A DNA stretch of 64,000 nucleotides, from NCBI GenBank assembly GCA_963703345.1, contig OY969814.1, positions 192,001 to 256,000 of the forward strand. Reading direction: 5' to 3'. This stretch comes from an uncultured Chloroflexia bacterium. Lineage in GTDB: Bacteria; Chloroflexota; Dehalococcoidia; DSTF01; JALHUB01. Position 1 is the stretch's first letter. Every line of letters starts with the position of its first letter. Of this stretch, positions 49,228 through 58,081 are shown in pieces. Under the pieces are notes generated by a model. It ran no database searches, was not told the DNA's origin, and saw only the letters and a list, made by a program, of their open reading frames with translations. Both the position numbers and the translations under genes were made by a program.

Positions 49228-50562
49228 ATGGACTATCACCAGGCGCTGGAATACCTCCTCAGTTTCACCGATTTTGAGCGCAGCGGCGGCTTTTCGCCCC
49301 GTCCGGACGTCCTACCGGTGCGGGAGTTGTTGCGGCGACTCGGCGAGCCCCAAGAGGGGCGGCTGACGGTGCACGTCGCCGGCAGCAAGGGCAAGGGCAG
49401 CACGGCGGCAATGATCGCTTCCATCCTGCGGGCGAGCGGTTTGAAGGTGGGGCTGTATACGAGCCCGCACCTCCACAGTATCTGCGAGCGGTTCCGTCTC
49501 GACGGCGAGCCGATCTCGCGGCAGGCGTTCGCGCGCCACGCCGCGATGCTGCCGGAGGCGCTGGCGGCGGTGAACCGCGAGCTGCCGCAGCGGACGCTGG
49601 TCACATTCGATCTGTTGACGGCGATGGCGTTCCTGGCCTTCGCCGAGGCGCGGGCGGACGTGCAGGTGGTGGAGACGGGTCTCGGCGGCCGCGTCGACTC
49701 GACGAACGCGATGGAACGGAAGGAGGTTTGCGTCATCACGTCGCTGAGCCTGGAGCACCAGGCTATCCTGGGCGACACGCTGACGCAGATCGCGGCGGAG
49801 AAGGCGGGGATAGTGACGCCGGGCGCACGCGTCGTGCTGGCGAGCCAGCAGGAGGCCGTCGGCGGCGTCATTCGCCGCGCCTGCCAGGAGCGCGGGGCGG
49901 CTCTCGTCGAAGCAGACCGCGCTTGCAGCTTCGAGCGGCGCTGCGCCGGCATCGAGGGGCAGGAGCTGAGGCTGCGGACGCCGCAGGGAGAATACGATCT
50001 GTGGCTGCCGCTCCTGGGACCGCATCAGGCGGAGAACGCGGTGGCCGCCGTGCTGGCGGTCGAGGCGCTGCGGGACTGGGGCGTCGAAGTCTCGCCGGAG
50101 GAAGTCCGCGAAGGCCTGGCGAAGGTGCGCTGGCCGGGGCGCCTCGAGGTGCTGCGGCGCGAGCCACTGCTCCTGGCGGACGGGGCTCACAACGAAGAGT
50201 CGGCGCGGAGGCTGCGCGAGACGCTGATGGACGACCTGGGCTTCAGGGAGGCGACTTTTGTGGTCGGCGTGTCGAAGGACAAGGACACCATCGGGATGGA
50301 GCGCCAACTACGGCCGATGGCGAAACGGCTGATCGCGACGAGCTCGCGCCACCCCCGAGCCCTGGAGGCGGAGCAAGTGGCGGCGGCGTTCTCGCTGGAC
50401 GGCGTGCGGGCGTCGCCGGTGGCGTCGGTGTCAAGCGCTGTCGACGCGGCGCTGGCGGAAGCCGGACGCCAGGAGCTGATCTGCGTCGTCGGCTCGCTGT
50501 TCGTAGCGGCGGAGGCGCGGGCGCACGTCCTGGGCGTCGAGCATGAAGTGATCGGCGGTTGA
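49228..50562 (+). CDS. folC: folylpolyglutamate synthase/dihydrofolate synthase
   Basis: HVAGSKGKGST, YTSPHL, ETGLGGR.DSTN, WPGR.E, DGAHN and GSLF. Confidence 0.94.
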   Translation: MDYHQALEYLLSFTDFERSGGFSPRPDVLPVRELLRRLGEPQEGRLTVHVAGSKGKGSTAAMIASILRASGLKVGLYTSPHLHSICERFRLDGEPISRQAFARHAAMLPEALAAVNRELPQRTLVTFDLLTAMAFLAFAEARADVQVVETGLGGRVDSTNAMERKEVCVITSLSLEHQAILGDTLTQIAAEKAGIVTPGARVVLASQQEAVGGVIRRACQERGAALVEADRACSFERRCAGIEGQELRLRTPQGEYDLWLPLLGPHQAENAVAAVLAVEALRDWGVEVSPEEVREGLAKVRWPGRLEVLRREPLLLADGAHNEESARRLRETLMDDLGFREATFVVGVSKDKDTIGMERQLRPMAKRLIATSSRHPRALEAEQVAAAFSLDGVRASPVASVSSAVDAALAEAGRQELICVVGSLFVAAEARAHVLGVEHEVIGG

Positions 50563-50616
50563 ACCGACATGGCAGTGGCTTTAGAATTCGAGATCGAGCG
50601 CGGGGCATGTGCGAAT

Positions 50617-50643
50617 CTAGGGGGAGGACTTTAGTCCTCCCGC
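50617..50643. repeat. REP-like palindrome, copy 1
   Basis: TAGGGGGAGGACT-tt-AGTCCTCCC; related sequence at about 62246. Confidence 0.55.
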
Positions 50644-50685
50644 TGCTTGCCAGGCCCCCTTGAAGCTAGAATGCAGGAATCGAGC

Positions 50686-51939
50686 ATGAACAACAATTCG
50701 GGACGTCGCGCGGTAATCACGGGCACGGGAGCGATAACGCCGCTTGGCCTGACGGTTGACGATTTCTGGCAGGGCTGCGTCGAAGGGCGCTCGGGCATCG
50801 TGCCGATCACGAAGTTCGATTGCAGCCGCTACCCGGTGCAGATCAACGGCGAAGTGCAGGGATTCGACGCGGCGAACTACATCGACTACAAGGAGTCGCG
50901 GCGGATGGCCCGCTTCACGCAATTCGCGGTGGCGGCGTCGCGGGAAGCGATAGCGAGCTCCGGCCTGCGGCTGGACGAGGAAGACAAGACGAGCATCGGC
51001 GTCCTTCTCGGCAACGGCAACGGCGGCTTCCCGAACACGGAGGACGCCATGCGAACGCTGGTCACGAAGGGCGGAATGCGCATCGACCCGTTCTATATTC
51101 TCAAGATGCTGCCTAACATGGCCGCCGCCACGGTCGCGCTCCAGTACGGCTTCCAGGGGTATAACAACACGGCGATCACGGCCTGCGCGGCGTCGACGCA
51201 GGCTATAGGCGAGGCGTTCGAGGTGGTGCGTCGCGGACGGGCTGAGGTGATGCTGACGGGCGGCACGGAAGCCGGCATCAGCGAGCTGGGGCTGGCGGGC
51301 TTCTGCGTCATGCGGGCGCTTTCGACACGCAACGATGAGCCGACGAAGGCGAGCCGCCCGTTCGACAAGGACCGCGACGGCTTCGTTTGCTCGGAAGGCG
51401 CGGCGATCCTGGTGCTGGAGAGCCTGGACCACGCCCAACGGCGCGGCGCGACGATACTGGGCGAGCTGGCAGGATACGGCGCTTCTTCGGACGCGCATCA
51501 CGTCGTGGCGCCGTGCGAGAACGGCGAGGGAGCGCAACTGGCGATGAGCCGGGCGCTGGCGGACGCGGGCCTGCGGCCGGAGGAGATCGACTACATCAAC
51601 GCGCACGGGACGTCGACGCTGCTGAACGACGTGGCGGAGACGCGCGGGATCAAGGCCGTCTTCGGCAAGCAGGCGTACAAGGTCCCGCTAAGCTCCACGA
51701 AGTCGATGATCGGCCACGTGCTCGGCGGGTCGGGAGCGCTGGAGGCGGTGGCGTGCGTCCAGACGCTGCGGACCGGCGTCATTCATCCCACGATCAACCT
51801 GGACAACCCGGACCCGGAGTGCGACCTGGACTACGTGCCGCACAAGTCGCGCAAAGCGGAGGTGCGGACCATTCTCAAGAACAGCTTCGGGTTTGGCGGG
51901 CAGAATGCCTGCCTGGTGTTCAAGAAGTTCGAGGAGTAG
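50686..51939 (+). CDS. fabF: 3-oxoacyl-ACP synthase II
   Basis: TACAAS, SRPFD..RDGFV, NAHGTST, KSMIGH and NSFGFGGQN. Confidence 0.96.
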   Translation: MNNNSGRRAVITGTGAITPLGLTVDDFWQGCVEGRSGIVPITKFDCSRYPVQINGEVQGFDAANYIDYKESRRMARFTQFAVAASREAIASSGLRLDEEDKTSIGVLLGNGNGGFPNTEDAMRTLVTKGGMRIDPFYILKMLPNMAAATVALQYGFQGYNNTAITACAASTQAIGEAFEVVRRGRAEVMLTGGTEAGISELGLAGFCVMRALSTRNDEPTKASRPFDKDRDGFVCSEGAAILVLESLDHAQRRGATILGELAGYGASSDAHHVVAPCENGEGAQLAMSRALADAGLRPEEIDYINAHGTSTLLNDVAETRGIKAVFGKQAYKVPLSSTKSMIGHVLGGSGALEAVACVQTLRTGVIHPTINLDNPDPECDLDYVPHKSRKAEVRTILKNSFGFGGQNACLVFKKFEE

Positions 51940-51943
51940 ACAA

Positions 51944-52921
51944 TTGCGAATACTCGTCGTAGGCGGAGCGGGCTATATCGGCAGTGTGACAGTGGCGGAG
52001 CTTCTGGAGGCGGGCCACGAGGTCGTCGTCTTTGACAGCCTGGTCACCGGGCACGCCGAAGCGGTGTCGCCCGGCGCGGAGCTGGTCGTCGGCGACCTGG
52101 CGGACGCGAAGCTTGTGGAGAACGTGTTCGCGCGGCGGAGCTTCGACGGCGTTGTGTACTACGCCGGGTTCATCGCCGCCGGGGAATCGATGCAGGACCC
52201 GGGCAAGTACTTCCTGAACAACGTTGGCCACCTCATCAACCTCCTGAACGCCATGGTGAAGTACCAGGTACTGCGATTCGTCTTCAGCTCAAGCGCCGGC
52301 GTGTACGGCGAGCCATCGAAGACGCCGATAGAGGAGGACGCATTGCTGGCGGCCGTCAATCCGTACGGCGAGTCGAAGGCGATCGGCGAGCGGCTGCTGC
52401 GCTGGTATGACAGCCAGTGCGGGCTCCGATACGTATCGCTGCGCTATTTTAACGCCGCCGGAGCGACGGAAAGCCTGGGCGAGGACCACCGGCCGGAAAC
52501 GCATCTCATCCCGGTGGTGTTACAAGCGGCGGCGGGCAAGCTGCCCTCCCTTGAGATCTACGGCTCGGACTACCCGACGCCGGACGGCACCTGCATCCGC
52601 GACTACGTGCACGTCTCGGACCTGGCGCAGGCGCACTCTCTGGCGCTGGAGCGAACGCTCAAGGGCAGCGCGGTCTACAACGTCGGCAACGGACAGGGCT
52701 TCTCGAACGGCGAAGTGGTGGAGACGGCGCGTCGGGTGACGGGAAAGCCGATCGTCGTGCGCAACGCGCCGCGTCGAGAGGGCGACCCGGCCGTCCTGGT
52801 TGCCAGCGCGGTGAAGGCGAAGGCGGGACTCGGCTGGGAGCCGCGTTTTCCGGACCTGGAGCCGATCATCGAGAGCGCGTGGCGGTGGCACCAGGCGCAT
52901 CCGAACGGGTACGAAAGCTAG
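51944..52921 (+). CDS. galE: UDP-glucose 4-epimerase
   Basis: TTG start, GGAGYIGS, PYGESK, LRYFNAAGA and DGTCIRDYVHV. Confidence 0.95.
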   Translation: MRILVVGGAGYIGSVTVAELLEAGHEVVVFDSLVTGHAEAVSPGAELVVGDLADAKLVENVFARRSFDGVVYYAGFIAAGESMQDPGKYFLNNVGHLINLLNAMVKYQVLRFVFSSSAGVYGEPSKTPIEEDALLAAVNPYGESKAIGERLLRWYDSQCGLRYVSLRYFNAAGATESLGEDHRPETHLIPVVLQAAAGKLPSLEIYGSDYPTPDGTCIRDYVHVSDLAQAHSLALERTLKGSAVYNVGNGQGFSNGEVVETARRVTGKPIVVRNAPRREGDPAVLVASAVKAKAGLGWEPRFPDLEPIIESAWRWHQAHPNGYES

Positions 52922-52946
52922 TCGAAGAAACGCCCGTCCGCCGCGA

Positions 52947-54018
52947 CTATTTCCACGTTTGGCCTAGAATCCGTAGCCAGTTCTCGTGCGTCACCTTTCG
53001 CAGGGCTGCCTCGTCATAGCCGGCCGTCCGCAGCGCCTCGATGAGCTTCGGCAGGCCGGCAACGTCCCCCAACTCCGCCGGGATTGTCGAGCCATCGAAG
53101 TCCGAGCCGAGCGCGACGTGATCGATGCCGATGCGTGCGGCAACGTAGTCGAACGTGGCGCACAATCTCGGCGATCGGCGTGTCAGCCTCCTGGTGTCCG
53201 TCGGCGCGCAGATTGCCCGCAAAGAAGATGACGCCGATGACGCCGCCCGACGCGCCCACGGCGTCGAGCTGCTTATCGGTAAGGTTGCGGGTGGAGCGGC
53301 AGAGCGCGTGGGCGGCGGTATGAGTCACGGCGAGCGGCGCCTCGGAGAGGGCCGCCACGTCCCAGAAGCCGCGCTCGTTCAAGTGCGAGAGATCGAGCAT
53401 GATTCCCAGCTTGTTGCAGGCGCGGACAAGGTCCTTCCCGCGCTCGCTGAGACCGGGCCCTACGTCGGCCGAGCCGGGGAAACGGAATGGCGCGCCCGTG
53501 GCGAAGACGTTCGGACGGCTCCAAGCGATGCCCAGCGAGCGGAGGCCAGCGGAGTAGAAGACGTGCAGCGCGTCGAGGTCCGGGTCAATCGCCTCCGCGC
53601 CCTCGAAGTGCAAAACCGCGGCAATGTCCCCTCGGCGCAGGCAATCGGCGATTTCGTCGACGTTGCGGACCACGCGCAGCTTGCCGCCGGACTGCGTCTC
53701 CAAACGGAAGAGGTCCGCCATGACCGCCCTGGTGAACCGCTGCGCATAAGCCAGCCCTAGCGGCGGTGGCAGCGGGATGTCGTAGCCTTCGTCCCCGAAC
53801 GCGAGGGGACCTGGCGTGTCGTGGCCGGATTCGCTCGGAGGAACGAAGATCGCGAAGAAGCCGCCGCCGAAGCCCCCCTCGACGGCGCGCGGAAGGTCAA
53901 CGTGGCCGCGACTGCTGCGCTCTAGGAAAGAGCGGTCGCCGTCCGGACCGGGACAATGGAGGGCGACGAGTGTGTCGTTGTGGCCGTCGAAGACGGGCGG
54001 CCCGGATGGCGCAGGCAT
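52947..54018 (-). pseudogene. membrane dipeptidase (M19) split by a single frameshift
   Basis: DGHND, HFEGAE, DLSH and RNLTD are in one frame. The C-terminal GIDHVALGSDFDG..ENWLR is in another frame, with the switch near 53153. Confidence 0.85.
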
Positions 54019-54117
54019 TATGCCTCCTGGTTGCGGAATGCGGAGGGTCGGCAGGGAGCATGACGATATGGGGCTATACGGCCGGCTTCGTAGCGCGGCG
54101 AACCGACAGTCGAGAGA

Positions 54118-54366
54118 TCAGGCCGGTGCGGCGACTTCCCGCGGAAGCATTCCCTCCAAAATTCGTTCCAGCGCCATCGTGTGAGAACAGAGGCCTCTAC
54201 CGGCGAAGAAGTTGCATGAGCAGCGCCAGCCGCCGGCGTCGAAGGTGACGTTATGGGAGTGATTGTCACCCTGGAACTCGACGTCGAAGCTCTTGAAGCG
54301 CAAGCGGTGTCGCTCTTCAGAGTAGCGCTTTGCCTTCTCGATCTTGCCGATGAAGCTGGAATTCAT
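54118..54366 (-). CDS. small SWIM-type zinc-finger protein
   Basis: CSC..C.H pattern and AAGGAG RBS. Confidence 0.8.
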   Translation of the reverse strand: MNSSFIGKIEKAKRYSEERHRLRFKSFDVEFQGDNHSHNVTFDAGGWRCSCNFFAGRGLCSHTMALERILEGMLPREVAAPA

Positions 54367-54398
54367 CTCTGCTCTCCTTGGCTCAGAAACAGGGAATC

Positions 54399-54429
54399 AA
54401 AAGGCACCTGACGCCTACGCCGGTGCCTT
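54399..54429 (-). terminator. intrinsic terminator within the leader of the SWIM gene
   Basis: AAGGCACC..GGTGCCTT hairpin running into TTTT on the minus strand. Confidence 0.65.
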
Positions 54430-54503
54430 GTTTCGATATTCAGTTGAAGCGGCGCCACCCATCCCTGTCATCACTCCTCAGTGGGGCGCTGTACTCTGAT
54501 ACT

Positions 54504-54532
54504 ATTCTATCGGCAGGCGGGAGGGTCGTCAA
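54504..54532 (-). promoter_or_regulatory. sigma70 promoter
   Basis: TTGACG-N17-TAGAAT on the minus strand. Confidence 0.8.
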
Positions 54533-54577
54533 GACGGAGTTCATGTGGACAGATTCTGTGGAATCTGCTACAGTCGA

Positions 54578-54653
54578 TGGTGCGCCGGGGGAGATTCGAA
54601 CTCCCGACCTCAGGGTTAGCGGCCCTAAGCTCTATCCGCTGAGCTACCGGCGC
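54578..54653 (-). tRNA. atypical tRNA: Arg-type body, anticodon GCT, C33, encoded CCA
   Basis: GCGCCGG TA GCTC AGCGGATA GAGC T TAGGG CCGCTAA CCCTG AGGTC GGGAG TTCGAAT CTCCC CCGGCGC A CCA forms a complete 76-nt cloverleaf with a short variable loop. Confidence 0.9.
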
Positions 54654-54703
54654 ATCACGAGGAGAGTGGATCGTGCTAACAGGCGCCTGTCCACTCTCTT
54701 CTA

Positions 54704-55429
54704 TTATTCCGCTTCCTCCGAACTCGCTTGTGGCACCTCGTATTCCTTCATCTGGTCGATCAACGCGAACACGAAAACCCTATCTTCACCTTCGAGGTCG
54801 AAGGGGTTAAAGTCCACCGTCAGAGACACGCGTCCGCCGCTTCGCAATTTGAGTAGCCGAGTATGACCATCGCCCGACGGCGGATGTGGCCGATTCGTCT
54901 GGTCCGGCTTACTTTGTTGCCGGCGCTTCCCCTTGGTGTCGCCGGTGGCCGTCTTCTTCACCGGGGCTCTGTTCCGTGCCCTCTTTGATATATGGGAGGC
55001 AATTGGTAAGTCAGCGGCCCTGGCCGCGTTTATCAGAAAGCTCGCCGCCTTGCGGCGCGTAGGATCCGTCGCACCCAAATTCGTCAAGGCGTCGTCGAGC
55101 ATCTTAGGGGTCATGCTACGGAGTCCATCGACCAAGTCCGCGCCGTATGCGTCGCGTAACATCTCTGCTAACAGCGCTTTGCGTTGGTCGTTGTTAGCCC
55201 CAGCGAGATTCGCAAGTTTGTCCATAGGCACGTCCCCTTCAAGAAGTCCAAGGAACCGAAGCCCTGGCATTAGCTGCGCGCCAACACTTCCAGCGAACTT
55301 TGGCTCCCACAGAGAACGATCTATCCGGCTAGGCGTCGTACCCATGTCCTTTAGCCAATCAAGGCACGTGACGAAAGTCGCGTAGCTAATGTAGGTCGGT
55401 AGGCGGTGATCCGTCTGTTCTTGCACCAT
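54704..55429 (-). CDS. hypothetical protein (DUF5343-like)
   Basis: AAAGGAG RBS. PTYIS..F..P.RIDRS..LRFLGL resembles DUF5343 (from recall). More AT-rich than the flanks. Confidence 0.7.
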   Translation of the reverse strand: MVQEQTDHRLPTYISYATFVTCLDWLKDMGTTPSRIDRSLWEPKFAGSVGAQLMPGLRFLGLLEGDVPMDKLANLAGANNDQRKALLAEMLRDAYGADLVDGLRSMTPKMLDDALTNLGATDPTRRKAASFLINAARAADLPIASHISKRARNRAPVKKTATGDTKGKRRQQSKPDQTNRPHPPSGDGHTRLLKLRSGGRVSLTVDFNPFDLEGEDRVFVFALIDQMKEYEVPQASSEEAE

Positions 55430-55560
55430 TGTGGCATCGCTCCTTTCCCTTACCGCACACCTTACGCGAGAAGCAGTGCCGCTGTCAAGCGGTGCGCGGA
55501 CACAGTTTGAGGTTCTATTCGGCACTGCCCTTAAATAGTCGCTGGAAGGCGGGCGATGCC

Positions 55561-55716
55561 ATGTTCCAGCGTGGTGACACACTGCGGCTTAGGGGTTCTG
55601 ACGGAAGGCCAGCAGTGCTTCGTGTTTGGAGGGATAAGGGTGACGGCTTATCGTTGTATTCTGAGCGTGGGTACGAAAAGGGCTGCCGGGTTGTCGGGCG
55701 CGGAGGCAACTGCTAG
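55561..55716 (+). CDS. possible small protein or gene remnant
   Basis: MFQRGDTLRLRGSDGRPAVLRVWRD looks protein-like but is short and has a weak RBS. Confidence 0.3.
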   Translation: MFQRGDTLRLRGSDGRPAVLRVWRDKGDGLSLYSERGYEKGCRVVGRGGNC

Positions 55717-55845
55717 AATCGATAACTGCCTCGGTTATCGACGGTCCGTTTCCCGGGAGGTTGGGATGCGATCCCGGAAGAGTCGCTCTTCACCATATCC
55801 CCTGACGCCGCCTTTCCCGCCGCCTGCCGCACGGGCCGAATCCCC

Positions 55846-56826
55846 ATGAGCTACGCCGTCGCCTTCGAACCGTTCGATGCCGTGCGCGACGAGTGGCTGG
55901 CGCTCCTGTCGCCGCCCAGGGCGCGAGACGTCTTTCGTCACCCCCGCTGGCAGGAGGTCTGGCTGCAGGAGTTCGACCGCCAGGCCGACGCGCGTTTCCT
56001 GACGGTCCGGGACGGCGTCCGGCTCGTCGGGCTGGCCTCGCTGCTGGATGAGGGCGAGCGCGTAACCTTCCTCGGCGACCACAACATCTGCGACTATATG
56101 GACTTTGTGCTCGCCGCCGGCGGCGAGGAAGGCGTCCTGGCGGCGATTGTCGATGCGCTGTTCGAGGGCGGGCGCCGTGAGATAGCGCTCTGGGGGCTGC
56201 GAGAGGACTCGCCGACGCCGGCGCTGCTGTCGCGGCTGGCCGGGGAACGCGGCTGGAGCGTGACGCAGGAGGAAGAGGCGACCTGCCCGCAGCTCGACCT
56301 GCCGCCGACGTGGGGCGAGTACCTGGAGTCGCTGTCGGGCAAGAACCGCCATGAGCTGCGCCGGAAGATGCGCCGCTTCCAGAAGACGGTGGGCGAGATG
56401 GAGATGCGGGTGCTCTGCTCGCCGGCGGAGGTCGCGGAAGGGATGGACGATTTTCTGCGCCTGATGACGCTGAAGTCGGACAAGGCGCAATTCATGACGG
56501 AGACGATGGAGCGCTTCTTCCGTCGCATCGGCCCGGCGATGGCGGAGGAAGGTCTGGCCGGCATGTGCCTTTTCGAGCTGGGCGGTAAGCGGGTCGCGGG
56601 AGTTTTCTGCTTTGAGGACGCGGAGGAGACGCTGCTCTACAACAGCGGCTTCGACCCGCGCTACGCCGATCTTTCCGTTGGGCTGCTGTCGAAGGCGGGC
56701 TGCCTGCGGCATGCAATCGAGGACGGGCGGCGGCGACTGGACTTCCTGCGGGGGGACGAGCCGTATAAGTACGACCTGGGCGCCGGGGACCACCAGGTCT
56801 ATCGATGCCTTATCAAGAAGGCGTGA
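55846..56826 (+). CDS. CelD/BcsL-like (Fem-related fold) GNAT protein
   Basis: DYMDF, LP.TW.EYL..LS.K.R.ELRRK.RR, YNSGFDP and DFLRGDE.YKY.LG. Confidence 0.85.
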   Translation: MSYAVAFEPFDAVRDEWLALLSPPRARDVFRHPRWQEVWLQEFDRQADARFLTVRDGVRLVGLASLLDEGERVTFLGDHNICDYMDFVLAAGGEEGVLAAIVDALFEGGRREIALWGLREDSPTPALLSRLAGERGWSVTQEEEATCPQLDLPPTWGEYLESLSGKNRHELRRKMRRFQKTVGEMEMRVLCSPAEVAEGMDDFLRLMTLKSDKAQFMTETMERFFRRIGPAMAEEGLAGMCLFELGGKRVAGVFCFEDAEETLLYNSGFDPRYADLSVGLLSKAGCLRHAIEDGRRRLDFLRGDEPYKYDLGAGDHQVYRCLIKKA

Positions 56827-56854
56827 CTCAGGCTACAATGAGACAGAGGACGCA

Positions 56855-58081
56855 GTGAAGCGAATCGCCGTAATCAGCGCGCACACCTCGCCGCTGGCGC
56901 CGCTCGGCTACCGGGAGACCGGCGGCATGAACGTCTACGTCCGCGAGCTGAGCCGCGAGATGGGCCGCCGCGGATACGCCATCGACGTGTTCACCCGACG
57001 CGCCGAGCCCGACGCGCCCGCCGTCGTATCGCCCAGCGAGAACGTGCGGGTTGTGCATCTGCGCGCGGGCCCGGAAGGCGGCGAGGGCAAGCGACAGCTC
57101 TACGGCCACCTGCGCGAGTTCGAGCGCGAGATGCTGTCGTTCCAGCAGGCGGAAGGCGTCGAATACGACCTCATCCACAGCCACTACTGGCTCTCCGGCC
57201 TCCTCGGCCTGCGACTCCGCGACCGCTGGGACGTGCCGCTGGTGAACATGTTCCACACGCTGGGCGAGTTGAAGCGGCGGGCAAGCGGCGGCGAGGAGCC
57301 GGCGATACGCGAAGAAGTGGAGCGACGCGTCGCGCGAGAGGCGGACGCCATAGTGTGCGCCAGCGAGCACGAGAAGCGAGCGCTGATCGACATCTACGGC
57401 GCGGATGCGACGCGAATAGCCGTCGTGCCGTGCGGCGTCGACCTGGCGCGCTTCCGGCCGCTGGACAAGGAGATGGCGCGGCGGTCGCTGGGGCTGAACG
57501 GCGAGAAGATGATCCTCTTCGTCGGGCGGATGGAGCCACTGAAGGGGCTGGACGTTCTGCTGGGCGCGGCGGCGCGCCTGGATGAGGAGCCCGCCTTTAA
57601 GGTCGTGGTCGTCGGCGGCGACGGCAACGGCACGGGCGAGGCGCTGCACCTGACGAGGCTGAGCGCCAGCCTGGGGATTGCGGACCGCGTCAGCTTCATG
57701 GGACCGGTCGGACACGACAAGCTGCCGCTTTACTACAACGCCGCGGACGTCTGCGTCGTGCCGTCGCACTACGAGAGCTTCTGCCTGGTCGCGCTGGAGG
57801 CGATGGCCTGCGGGACGCCGGTCGTGGCGTCGCGCGTGGGCGGGCTGAGCGTGACGGTGCGCGACGGCGAGACGGGATACCTGATAGAGCATCAGTCGCC
57901 GCAGCCGTTCGCGGAGAGCGTGGCCGCGCTGCTCGCCGACGAAGAGCTGCGGCTAAGCTTCGGCAGGACGGCGAGCGAGGCGGTGACGGGCTTCGGCTGG
58001 GAACGCATCGCCGATTCCATCGCGGCCTTGTACGACGAAGTGGCGGCCCGCAGGAAGCAGCGGCCGGCTTCGACGCCATGA
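56855..58081 (+). CDS. GT4 glycosyltransferase, MshA-like
   Basis: HTSPLA..G..TGGMNVYV, HSHYWLSG, FHTL, FVGR..PLKG and ESF.LVALEAMACGTPVVA. Confidence 0.9.
   Translation: MKRIAVISAHTSPLAPLGYRETGGMNVYVRELSREMGRRGYAIDVFTRRAEPDAPAVVSPSENVRVVHLRAGPEGGEGKRQLYGHLREFEREMLSFQQAEGVEYDLIHSHYWLSGLLGLRLRDRWDVPLVNMFHTLGELKRRASGGEEPAIREEVERRVAREADAIVCASEHEKRALIDIYGADATRIAVVPCGVDLARFRPLDKEMARRSLGLNGEKMILFVGRMEPLKGLDVLLGAAARLDEEPAFKVVVVGGDGNGTGEALHLTRLSASLGIADRVSFMGPVGHDKLPLYYNAADVCVVPSHYESFCLVALEAMACGTPVVASRVGGLSVTVRDGETGYLIEHQSPQPFAESVAALLADEELRLSFGRTASEAVTGFGWERIADSIAALYDEVAARRKQRPASTP

Noticed and set aside
54578-54653. Genome-wide AGY Ser-to-Arg reassignment suggested by the odd tRNA
   Set aside because: AGC occupies conserved Ser positions, for example PurL MWSEH and DnaB ESGSIEQ.
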